Shown: in pieces, positions 23,933 to 37,085 of the stretch
How the letters are laid out: each line of letters opens with the position of its first letter
Numbering within the stretch: the stretch's first letter is position 1
NCBI GenBank assembly: GCA_951406725.2
Contig: OX597830.1
Span: 22,072,001 to 22,136,000 of the forward strand
Direction: 5' to 3'
Source of the DNA: Octopus vulgaris
Taxonomy: Eukaryota
DNA length: 64,000 nucleotides
Program-made: the position numbers and the translations under genes
The notes under the pieces: model-generated
Seen by the model: the letters and a program-made list of their open reading frames with translations, nothing else
What the model was told of the DNA's origin: nothing
Database searches by the model: none

Positions 23933-26900
23933 TACTTACACACAAAAACCTATCTGCATTTACATATCTATTAGTTAAAAGACAGCATCTAAGTACATTA
24001 GAATGATGTTGCCGTCTTCCTAGTTAGCAAAGCATACTGAATGCTCCACAACATAAGTTTCTTACCAATATTATCAAATTAATATTGCATGTAGTGGAAA
24101 TATGATGATGAAAGAAGCTTACCTGTTGTAAAGATGTGTTTATGTAGAAGTGATTTATTATCACCTTTCAGGAATAAATGAATACAAAAGACACTAATTT
24201 CAAATGAAGATATTGGTTAAGACAATAAATGGATTACCTAAACTAGCTAACTGTCACTGCACATCAGCAATGTATGACTAACACTTATGACGAAAGATGT
24301 ACAGAAATACAGGAACTATAGTCTTCATGAAGCTAAAAAGAGGTCAGCAAGAAATGTGGAATTCCCTAAATGGTAACTGCTAATTTAGCAGGAACATGGC
24401 TGGAATACGAACACAATTAACTTAGTCTTCTGGTTTTCCAAACATCTTCCAATTTGTATCTTGTCAGAAAAATTATTAATTATCTAATATCCACTGAGTC
24501 ATGTCTATATTCTTGGGGACTCAGGATCCCCACCTCCTCTGCTTCAGGTGTTTGTTGTCATCTTCATCCAAACAGACATTTTTGTTTCTTGACATTGGTT
24601 AATCTGTTCTTGTAGTTAATCTGTCACTAATTCGGTAATCACATCTAACATTGAGCATGCGTAATAACACAGCCAAGCCCCAAACAATTTGCTGGCCTCT
24701 TTTTATTTCATGAACTATAGTTTATAATAACCAAGTAAAATATGATGAATATTTACTAATATAAGTAGTGCAACATTAACTACCAACTATTCATATTGGG
24801 ATCACCACATGCCCCCACCCAAAACACTACATTAATCTGTTAAGAGACTATAGCAAATAAACATGGAGGAAACATAGGCTTTAACGAGAAACTAACGGAA
24901 AGATATTGTGACATGTTTAGGTCAGTTATGGCCCAGGCTATGTTGTACTTACTTGTACCACCACAGTACAATCATTATAGTATATTTTTATGCTTTCTGA
25001 AGACTAGAGAGATGTCTACCATATTGTTAGTAGTCTGGAATTCAACCCAACACTCAAACCAGATATATGCACACCCTCACACATTCTGTTTTAAAATAAC
25101 TCACGATTAGCCACAAGAGGATGTTTGAAGACAGGTTAGCTTAAGGTTCAAGAAAATCTGTCCCCTTTGGCAGTTGTAGACCTCACTTTCAACAAAGGTA
25201 TCAACATCTGTTACCGAGAAGTAAGATCATTTAACTAATGACATCTTTGAATCAAAGCAGTGGGAAAGATGACATGAAAACCAACCTCTTCGACTTTACA
25301 TCTTTATCATCTTTCTTTTCATCAGCCTTCTTCTCAGTTTGCCCTCCTTCTGGTTTACCTTTAGCCCTTTCTTCAACTTTGCTTCCATCTGTTTTCTTCA
25401 CTTCAGTTTTGCCACTCACTTTGTCCATTGATGCATTGTCCGTTTTATTATTTGTCTTTGATGCCACAATATCAGCATCTAAATCATTCTGTGTATCATC
25501 AACATGCAGAATCAACGATTCATTTTCTTCACTCTTTCGAGCGATGGATGTGTCCATGTTGATTGTGTCTTCTAATGTTAATGGAGCTATGCAAGGAACA
25601 CTGGTAGGTGTTGGAGGTAAACTGTCTGAGAAAGATGCAATGACCACTTCATCTTTAAGTTCATTAGAATTTAGTGGCAGAGTGGCAATTCTCATACGGG
25701 CTGATGAAGACTTTTCGCTATTTTCTTCTTTTATATTATTCTCTGTTGATGAAGACGACTGTTCTGGCGGTGCTACAGAAAGTTAATTTAGAATGAAATA
25801 GTTGACAGGAAATGAACATTTGTTAAATTTCACTCCACAACAGACTGTGCTGTGTTGAGAGTTTAAATAGAAAATATAGAAAGAAATAAAGAAAACATTA
25901 CTAATAAAAGCTTTTAGTCTAGTAATCCTACAGGATCAACAGACTATAAGCTCTAAAGCTGAAATATGGATAATAATTATATTTCACATAGAAACTTTTG
26001 TGTCAAATTTTCACTCCATATGTCTTCAGTGGTATTGCTCTCAATACACATACAAAAGTTATTTGGACAGATCAAAATATACCACTTGTACAATGGCAAG
26101 CTATTTGATCAGAGACATAATAAAATAACTGTGCTAAGGTTTGAAACTCATCACCAAGTCATCAGTTGTTCAGAAACCTAACTTCTCAGTCAAACTTCCT
26201 GTAAATTATATTACATTATTTTCCACTGAACCAGAAGGAACAGAGTATTCTGTAGCATTAAATGGATGAGAGTTGAATGAGCCCCTGAACAAGATGTCAG
26301 TCAGTTGCCAGCCAGATCTGTAGATGTTGAGCTTTTCTCTACATCTAGAAGAACTGAGGCCCATGAAAGTGTCCTGCTCAAATATAATGAAATACTTGAA
26401 GGACAAGCTGGTCTTCTAATGAATTCTCACTGAAGCTATTTTGCATCTCGAATGCAAACACACAAACACACACATAATTGAGTGGCACATCTAATCAGTC
26501 GCAAGCGTATGAACCACGTCTCTATATAATATTTTGATGCACCGATTTCTACTGAACTTTCTCTTTCACAGTTGCACACTTTGTTACAAGGCACAGATGG
26601 AGTTGTTCTCCAGTGAAGTGCTGTTACAAGACACAACTAAGACCTAGCCTCATGCACAATACCTTAGGAGAACAGTATAATTGCTGACAAATTCACAGTC
26701 ACTGACTCCCAAGTTGTGCTACATATAAGGATCAAAGTAGTGGTTAACAGAGAGCAATGAATCAAGATTTCTTCCCTTTATTTCCAGTTTTCAACGTCCT
26801 TTGACTAAACTGGAACAATTTTTTTTAAAACAAACATACATAAATGTACAAAAGATATGTTTAAACTTTGTAAGGTGCACCAGGTATTTGTGAACACAAC

Positions 26901-29900
26901 TTAAGCAAGCCACAAATAGAAGATAACCTAAAGTAAAGTATGAGGCATAGGCCAATTTTTCATGTTTTCTTTTCATTTCTCTTTCAAACCTAACGACAGC
27001 ATCGACATGGCAGATTCCAATCTGACACAGGGAATGAAAAGACATGCCATTCTGGTGGCTCTAGCTGCCAACCACAGTGATTCAAAGATTGCCAGCTTCT
27101 TGAATGTGGCCAAATCACTCACATTCAAGACCAGAAAAGAGCTAGAAGCTACTATCTGGGATGCGTCTTCTGTGGCGTAGAGAAATAAGCATTCTCAATG
27201 GTCTCACATCGTCAGGACAGCCAATTTCATCGAACTAGTCCAAGATATCGTCAATGACAACCACGGTATGTCAATGAGGTTCATCGCCAAGCAGCTCAAT
27301 GTGAGTCCTGTCTCTTGTGTAGTCCAACATGATGAGGAAAGGGCAAGTCGTGTGGCAAGACCCAGGAGAACCATGTTATCCAGTCAAAGTTCTCGCTGAA
27401 CAAACTCAAGCACCCCAAGAAATTTGCTGTGTTCTGCGTCGTCTCCAGTGAAATAAACTTTGACCAGGAGCAGAAGGTCAACAGAAGGAATAACAAGTAC
27501 CCATGTGCAGCCTCTACAGACAAATCCTTGGTGATGCACACCAAGTTCCCATCATCTCTGATGGTCTTGGGGATTGTGAACAAGAGCTATGTCATTCCAC
27601 CTCGCTTCTTTTTGCAGGGACTCTCTGAGCCTATGTCACCATCTTCATCAAGCTGATGGACCCAATGGTCAAGCCTTGAATAGGGTGGGTTGGCCAAAGG
27701 AAGACCGTGCAGGTTTCTGCTACTTTCCACATGGCCTTCACAATACAGGAGTGGCTGGTTGAGAAGCTTCCCTATCATGTTGATTTCCCCCAAAATGTGA
27801 TATCCAAGCTCCATTGATATGAACCTCCTACACTGCTACTACATCTGGGATGTCATCAAGAGGGAGACCAGCCAGCAGCCCCACAACACCAAGGACTCGT
27901 TGAAGGTTGCCATCGCCGATGTGATGGGCAGCATTAATGAGAACCACCTGATTCTGGCATCCAGTCGCTTCCATGGCCGCATTGAAACCGTCACTGTAAA
28001 TGAGGGTTGTTTTATTAAATAACCTGTTTCTTTAATAAACCTAGTCGAATATACGTGCCATTTTTCTAGAAATATATTTTGTCGCTTTAATATCTTTCTT
28101 TTTCCTCATATTTTACTTTGTTCTCAATTACCTGGCGCTTACTAAACATGTATGCACACACACAGATACAAACACACACAATGCATAAAATTTCATATAT
28201 ATAAACACAATCCCTGATACAAGTCGTTACACAAGTGCATAAGTCACTGTCAGACATCTGAACAGAAACTACAGCATCTGCTGTCAAACAAGAAGCTTCC
28301 AATTATACTGGAACTGTGAATTGCAGCCCAAGCACACATTCTGGGATAGGCTACACCTTTCGTTAGTATTTGCTGAGGATCCTCTGCAGCATAAAAGACA
28401 GTCATATCAGCTGATGATGCCATCCACATGAAATGTTGCCTCATCTGACCAAAATATCTGAACAACAAAGCAGAGACCACTGCACAAGTACATCAACATT
28501 TCCTGGCAGAATTGAGCCTTAGTTACTGTGATGTAACGTAACTAACTCATACTTCTGAAATGAAAATGTCTGCATATAACCTTCGTTTATACGATATTAT
28601 TTTAAGTACATGTGATTGGTTATCATAATACAACTCAATAATTATTATACATTGTTCTTGTACAACTTATGACAAACCCTTTATATTCAAAATTATTAGC
28701 ATTGAGAAGTTTCACCATTTCTGAATTTATATAACACTAATTACATTTATTGACTATATTCAGAAATATCTATCAACTATCTATTACCTTAAAGGGCTTT
28801 TTCTTTTTTTTAATTAGAGTCAAGATTTTATAATTAGAACCAAGACTAACTTTTGCTTCTCTTAGAACTATTTTTGTAGGTCTATTGCTATGAGTCAGTG
28901 ATAAGCATTAAAAATTACTTCATACTATTTTGTAAGTCATTTTATTTTAGAGCACATAAACAGAAGACAGTTTCCCAATATGTCAAGCCCACAACCTTAT
29001 TTTGATTTTTAGTGCTAGTCATTTCACTTAGTTCAATAAAACATATACGAATGACATAATTAACATCACATCTCCTCTCCTCTCCTTTACATATCTGGGA
29101 TATTTTACTTACACTAAAAGGCAATAAGTACCAAATAGGTAATATTTCAACACTTAATGGTTCTAATTCTTTACAGCAAATGATGGTTTCCTTTCACAAA
29201 ATTGATACATTTGTAAAAAGCATTAGTTTTACAGACATCTTACATCACTTAATGTATAAATAAGTCACCTTTTACTCAAGAAAAAAAAGAAGCATATTTG
29301 AAATATAACACCTACACCCATAAAAAAAAATCTAACAATTTACCTGATATATATATATATATACAAGTAATAAGAGAGAGACCACATGTGGTCACTCTAA
29401 CGCTAGAAACAGATCCGCAAAGGGAATCCACCACTTATTACTTGTATTAATAATTTTTACTGTATCACAGTATTTTTACGCTAGGCCACTTGGTGTTTTA
29501 AATTGATGTTATTAGTTAATATTCAATTTTTTTCACCCTTATTGTGATATATATATATAAATAAGAAAATGGAGGAACAAATTCATTTCGATCATCAACT
29601 TACAATTATTATTTTGCATATTGATGTATATTCTTTTGTTCGATTATCATGTTCCCATTTGTATAATTAATAAATAATGTGAAATTGTAATATCCATAAG
29701 TTGATGATCGAGATGAATTTGTTCCTCCATTTTATTATTTGTATTATGAACTTACGATAAAATATTTTTTACCTTCACCCATCCAATACAAGAAATGAAT
29801 TAATTGCATTGCAATTATAAGCGTTTATGTATTTAGTATTTGGGTACTTTACCAGCAGTATATTGGATAACTGATACCCCATAGTGGGTTACTTTCATAA

Positions 29901-32900
29901 CCCCTATCTTACTTTGTACTATATATATATATATATATATATAAAATAATAAAGTATATACTCAAATTCTATACATCTACAGCTATTTTAAAACTAAATA
30001 TTAACCTAAGTAAAAGTTTGTATGTGATACTACATCATATAGCATAAACAAAGAAAATGTAGCTATTCCTTTACCTAAAGCTATACATACACTCACATTA
30101 AATATATTGAAGCACAAGAGCCAGAATCTTTATGGCAACTCTGCTACTGCATTGCAAATATGCAATACAAATTATAGTCATTTCAAGTTTTGCAATAATA
30201 AAGGAATACCAAAGCCCTCTTACATAGTATATAACTTGAATAGTGGCTCCTAAAATTAATAATTTGTGGCTCCAGAAACACAAAATGGACCAGAGACTCT
30301 TCAAAGTCAGCTACTAGCTCAGCAAAGTATAATTCTCTCTTCAATCTAAACTGTACAAACCAATTGCCAACGCCAAAGACAATGGTAGAGAGAAAGTAAA
30401 CATTCTTCAAATAACACCTCATACCAGATTAGTAGTTGACTGCCATATACGGAACCAATATAATTCATTCTAAACCAAAACTTCATATAAAGTATACTTA
30501 ATACAAACCTTTATGAGCAACACGGAAACGATAGTTTGTGTCAATATTGTAGATTTGTGTTTTGTTATTTTCATTGAGACAATGAAACAACTGATATAGG
30601 GTCAATCTAAGTATACAATAAACCGACTAGTTTAGGAAATTTAAAGAAAGTGAATTACATACCTGTGGTATTCTTTAATGGATCATCAGATTGTCCCTTG
30701 AAAGTGAAGAAAGAAAATAACTGACATGACTAATAGCAACAAATGAAGGAAAATATATACAGTATTAGTACATTTTTCATCTTTACTTTCATTAGTATTA
30801 TGTCAAATTGGTTATCTTTATATGTAATATAATTGTGTATATGTGAATCAAGATATTTTGTCTTCAAATGTTTTTATGTTTCAAGAATTGTAAGTAGAAT
30901 TTATAATTGGTTAACTGTGATATATATAGGAAACTGCTGAATAGCAAGTAAAATAATTTTCATATTAATTAAATCATAACATATCTAACACTAATTACCA
31001 ATTATGAAATGAAAGTAATAACTTGCACTAAAACAAGTAGTGCAATATAGTTAGTAGAACAATGTAAAAGGTGTAGTAAATTTTAATTACCTGCAAAACA
31101 GTTCCAGTGTCTTTGTTTGTATCTGAGGAAGAGATAGGTAGTTCCTCTTTAAACTGGTCTTTATCAAAGGTGTTATCTGCCAACATATCTGATGGTTTGG
31201 TATCACTTGAAAGCAGTTGATCTTCAGAAAGGTCTTCCACAGAAGTTTTGTCAGAGAGCAAAGAGTAACCATTTGAATTGGTAGTGTTTAACAACACATC
31301 TGTTAATGCCACATTAGCCGTCTCTGATTCTTTCTGAAAATTAAAACAAAACAAGTTTCTGTTAACCATCAACATTAAATCATCCTATATTTATCCTTTG
31401 CTCACTGTAATATCCATTAGTACCTTATTCTTATTGAATGCTTAACTTATTACTGTATTCCATTTTTACTATAATGATTTTTATAGTATTATTATAGAAT
31501 AATAGTACTTTCTGTGCTACAGGTAAAGCTCTTTTCAGTTATGAAACTCAATTGTTATTAATGACCAGAGTACGTCTGTGTACTTCACTGGTCTTTTTCA
31601 TGGATAGCATTATGAAACTGACATTGAAATTCTAACACTAAAGTAAACTAAGTGAACACATCACAGTAAAGTATGGTCACCAGGTGAGATCCAGTGTTTC
31701 TGAATCCTAGCAGTTTTTGCAACTTTGCAGGTTAAGCACTAAAAAGGGTTCAGTTCAAGATTATTTCCTAATATGTGCAATGATTCTGTCTTTGCTGAAT
31801 GAGTAAAGATTATCATGTACCCAGTGGAGAATGCTTCCCACTGTTTTATTCATGGAAACAATGGAGGCTTGATAGGAGCTGTTTAGGTAATGTGTGGTTG
31901 ATATCAAAGTAGAGAAGATAAATTAAATGGCATTATAAGCATAGGAATTGGGTGTTGTTAGGTGACAAGTAGATCATTTTATAAAACTGAGAGGTGGACT
32001 TGGTAGACAGAAAATTAAAGAAGCCCATTGAGTATGTGTATATTTGTGTACATATATATGGGTGTATACCACAATCTGTCAGGAACCTCCTGACTCAAAG
32101 GACAAGTGATGGACTGATCCCAAAATTGAGATTAGAATTGCTCCAGCCAAACGCAACAACATTATTTTTGTCAAGTTTCTCAAGAGTGAAGGACCACTGC
32201 TAATTGGCATACACTAGCAAGGCTGGTAAGTCAGACAGTTGCAATTCCTATTTACATTATAAATCTGTTATCTAGCTGATCCACACTTCTCCACTCATAC
32301 ACAATCTTTTTAAGCCTTGCAGTGTCACACTGTTGGACCTGCTTTATTAGCTCTCTTCATCTCATCACATTCTTCTTGTCTCACTAGAGTGTCAATCTAC
32401 TAGCAATTCTTTCATCTTATTACAATACATGTCTTCAGTCCATAAAGACCTATCTGGTTTCATCACTGCTCTCAAACAATAAACCAGAAGAATAATAAAT
32501 ATGTTTTCAAACACTTTCCCCAGCACCACCAATGTGTATCATGTAAGTTACTCTTCATTTGGAGCACCAAAAATGTACATTGACAAATAGTCCACGTATT
32601 GTAGCTGGCGTTCTCATGTGTTGTAGTTTATCATAGCTGATTTGTAAACATGTGCCACACCCCACTCCTGGGGGGGGGGGGTAGAATTTTATTGAAATCC
32701 AATTTGCCTATAATTCAGTAATGTATGCACACATAATTGTAAACAATTATCCCAGACTACTATACGAATCATAAAGTTGGAAACTAATGTGCTACCAACA
32801 ATAACATGACCACAGTGTCCAAGAAACAATAAATTTCTATACTAAGACAGGGAAAATGAATGAGTATTTTAATTGCAAATAATTAGCCATGGGCTCCTTC

Positions 32901-35900
32901 TCAAAACACAAAGTGGCAAACACCACCAAAAAAAAAATAGTATACTAAACAATGACAAATGGAAAATATGTAGAAGAAAGAAATTATCTACAAAAATATG
33001 ACAGAATTTACCAACCTCATCCATGTTGTCTGTAGTATGCTCATTTTCTAGAAATAAAAATAATTTAACATCAATTTAGTAATTTCAATATTATATATCA
33101 TTCAGTAACACACACACACAAAGCTTATATTACACACACCTGAACAGAGACACAAAAACAGTTATACACAGCTGTACATGGCATAACATTGAGTTAATCA
33201 CACATTACATAATACTGTTACATCTAACCAGTTTAAAATTCGGTTTCAAACACCTGAATATGAGAACATTGTATTACATATTAACTAGTTAAAAAAGCAT
33301 GAAACAAAGTTGCTGTTTTATATCCAATTATCACATTAACAATGGCAGAAAGGGTTTTAATGTACTTCTTGCCCATAAGGTATATTACTGTCAAATGGGA
33401 ATGGAACTTGTTAGCTCAGTAGACAGAGACAACACAGTTTGCTAAGAACAACACATCTAATATATTTACAGTCTAAAATAAAATTATCATGACTTATACA
33501 TCTCCCGTAGAGGCATATGGCCTAGTGGTTAGAGCAGCGGACTCACAGACAAGGGATTGCAGGTTCGAATCTCAGACTTGGCGATGTGTATGTTTATGAG
33601 TGAAACACCTAAGCTCCACGTGGCTCCGGCAGAAGGTAATGGCAAACTTCTGCTGACTCTTTCACCACAACTTTCTTTCACTCATTCCTCCTGCATCTTG
33701 CAGCTCACCTGCGACAGACCGGTGTCCCGTCCAGGTGTGCAACCTATACGTCAAGGAAACCGGCCCTTATGAGCCAGGCATGGTTCAAGAAGGAGCAAAC
33801 AACAATACATCTCACAGTGTTATCACCAATGTTCTTGCAAGAATCATCATCATTTAACATCCATCTTTGATGCTGGCATAGGTTGAATAGTTTGACAGGA
33901 TCCAACAGAGCCAGAGAATTGTGTCAAGCTCCTATGTTAGCTCTGGCATGGTTTGGATGCCCTTCCAAATGTCAACCACTGTACTCATTGTTCTAGGTGC
34001 TTTTTTCATAACACCAACACTAGGGATGTCACCAAGTAACTTGCAAGAGAAAGGAAAAGAACCTAGCATTGAATGGGATTGTAATAGATTTGGAAGTTAT
34101 GCCAGGTGTTGAGAGGAATGATAATGAGACAGGTACAGGTGTTTTATAAAGAAAATACATGGCTACCCCACATTATGTAAGGGTGGATAGGAGTAAGTGG
34201 AAAGACAGTGACAAAGTGTCAGAGAATACTCTCAAGATAAAACAAGGTGAGTATAGGGGAGAATATGGACAGCAGGTCAGGACATGTGGGTGGGTATGTT
34301 AATCACAGTGAGAAATGAGTGATAGCATATGGTTAGAGATGGGGGGCAGGTGGATGTAGTGAAGGAACAATGCTGGAGGTGTGGTTGATGGTCAATATGT
34401 GTATCAGAAGAAAAGGAATAGCTCAAGAAGGAAGAGGTGACAAGTGGCAGTGCAAGAAGGGTAGAATGCATAGTATAATAAACCTGTAGGCAGATAAAAA
34501 AATAGGAAGATTATGAAAGGCAGACATGGGAGAGAAAGAGATGTTCAATGACAGAGATTAATGTCAGAAGTACTAGGGATGGCTATAGAGAATAGGAGAC
34601 AAAGGTATGGGGAGGCCATCAACAGCAGACACAAGATGTTATGAGAATGAGAGCAGATACAATGTGTTAAAGACAAGTTACGGCAGTCTTAAGATGTAGC
34701 TCAGAGAAAGTGAAGGAAAGCAATAAGTAGAGGCACAGATACAGGTGATTGGTCAACAATAAATTTTGAAACACAGATGACACATCATCATCATCATCGT
34801 TTAGCGTCCGCTTTCCATGCTGGCATGGGTTGGACAGTGCAACTGGGGTCTGGGAAGCCAGAAGGCTGTACCAGGCCCAGTCTGATCTGGCAATGTTTCT
34901 ACGGCTGGATGCCCTTCCTAACGCCAACCACTCCATGAGTGTAGTGGGTGCTTTTTACGTGCCCCTGGCACAGGTGCCAGACGAGGCTGGCAAACAGCCA
35001 CGGTCGGATGGTGCTTTTTACATGCCACCGGCACGGAGGCCGGGCGAGGCTGGCAACGGCCATGATCGGATGGTGCTTTTTATCAATATATATATTTCTT
35101 TACCACCCACAAGGGCCAAACAAGGACAGACAAATGGATTAAGTCGATTACATCAACTCCAGTGCGTTACTGGTACTTAATTTATCGACCCCGAAAGGAT
35201 AAAAGGCAAAGTCGACCTCGGCGGAATTTGAACTCAGAACGTAACGGCAGACGAAATACGGCTACGCATTTTGCCCGGCATGCTAACGTTTCTGCCAGCT
35301 CGCCGCCAATATATCAATATATATGCACACATCCTTAACATACATATAAACACATATACAAAATCTATATCTGTATCATTAACTATATAATTCTGATACT
35401 TACTAATATCTTCAGTAGATTGATTTTCTTCCAGACATTTCTCTTCAGAGTGAGTCTAGAATTGTCAAAATATCAAGTTAAGGCTGTTAAAAAGTCTCGC
35501 GAAAGTGACACATTTTATACAATTTGTTATATGTAATTAGAATGAGATGTACATGTGAGAGTAAGTTGAAGAAGCAAGAAAATGAAAGTATTGAGAAAAA
35601 TGCTGACAGAAAACGTGCAGCAGTGGCTGTGTGGTAAGTAGCTTGTTTACCAACCACATGGTTCCGGGTTCAGTCCCACTGCGTGGCACCTTGGGTAAGT
35701 GTCTTCTACTATAGCCTCGGGCCGACCAAAGCCTTGTGAGTGGATTTGGTAGACGGAAACTGAAAGAAGCCTGTCGTATATATGTATATATATATGTGTG
35801 TGTGTGTGTGTCTGTGTTTGTCCCCCTAGCATTGCTTGACATTGCTGGTGTGTTTATGTCCCCGTTACTTAGCGGTTCGGCAAAAGAGACCGATAAAATA

Positions 35901-36518
35901 AGTACTGGGCTTACAAAAGAATAAGTCCTGGGGTCGATTTGCTCGATTAAAGGCGGTGCTCCAGCATGGCCGCAGTCAAATGACTGAAACAAGTAAAAGA
36001 GTAAAGAGTAAGAGTAATCCTATTCAAAACTGTATTAACACAATTGTCTTATATCTTTTACTGGCTGCAGTCATTCAATTGGTACAAATTCTCTCAGTAT
36101 TTTGACCAAGCTGCAAACAAACCAACACTGGCTAATTAAGTGGTGTGGATTTGGAATGGAGCAAAATTCTTCTGTGGAATTTTATGTAATTTAGCAAAAT
36201 TCTTGAGCAAGATTAAGTTGAGATAATCACAAGAAAAGAGAAAATATTAGAATTTAAAAAAAATAATAACTCACGTCAATTTTTACCAAGGCAGCTACAT
36301 CTGAAAAACAATAAGAACATTTAATTAAGTGGAATAAAAATGAACATCAAATTAGATTTCTAATTATGAATCAACCTATACATAATAGAATCATGTCATT
36401 TCCTTCAATAATTAAAGCTTAAGCAAATCCAGTGCTAGCATGCATGCATGGAGAGATGGATAAACAAACAGACAGGTGGGTAGGTAGATGGGTGAGTGAA
36501 TGGCTGGATGGATTGAGC

Positions 36519-36559
<41 letters not shown>

Positions 36560-36812
36560 ATACAATATGTTACATTACTCGGTAGTCAAGATAAAACTCT
36601 GAGTTTCAGATGCCGAAGTGGAAATCCACAACACCATCTCTTCGGTTATAGCCAGATAACCGAAGAGATGGTGTTGTGGATTTCCACTTCGGCATCTGAA
36701 ACTCAGAGTTTTATCTTGACTACCGAGTAATGTAACATATTGTATAGATAAATTTCCTCTATTTACATAATATTGAGGTCTCTTTCTTTCTTTTGTTATC
36801 TTACCGTTTTAT

Positions 36813-36858
<46 letters not shown>

Positions 36859-37046
36859 TCTACTCTTTTACTTGTTTTTCAGTCATTTGACTGTGGCCAT
36901 GATGGAGCACTGCCTTTAGTTGAGCAAATCGACCCCGGGACTTATTCTATCGGTCTCTTTTGCCGAACTGCTAAGTGACAGGGACGCAAACACACCAGCA
37001 TCAGTTGTCAAGCAATGCTAGGGGGACAAACACAGACACACAAACA

Positions 37047-37085
<39 letters not shown>

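Noticed and set aside
25238-25786. 182-aa plus-strand ORF (also 8980-9429 and 53633-54034)
   Set aside because: Antisense shadows of low-complexity SAFB exons; the splice signals and homology are on the minus strand
35537-35992. Recurrent ORFs such as [17 protein letters not shown] / LPKVPRSGTEP
   Set aside because: Translations of the multi-copy SINE, not genes
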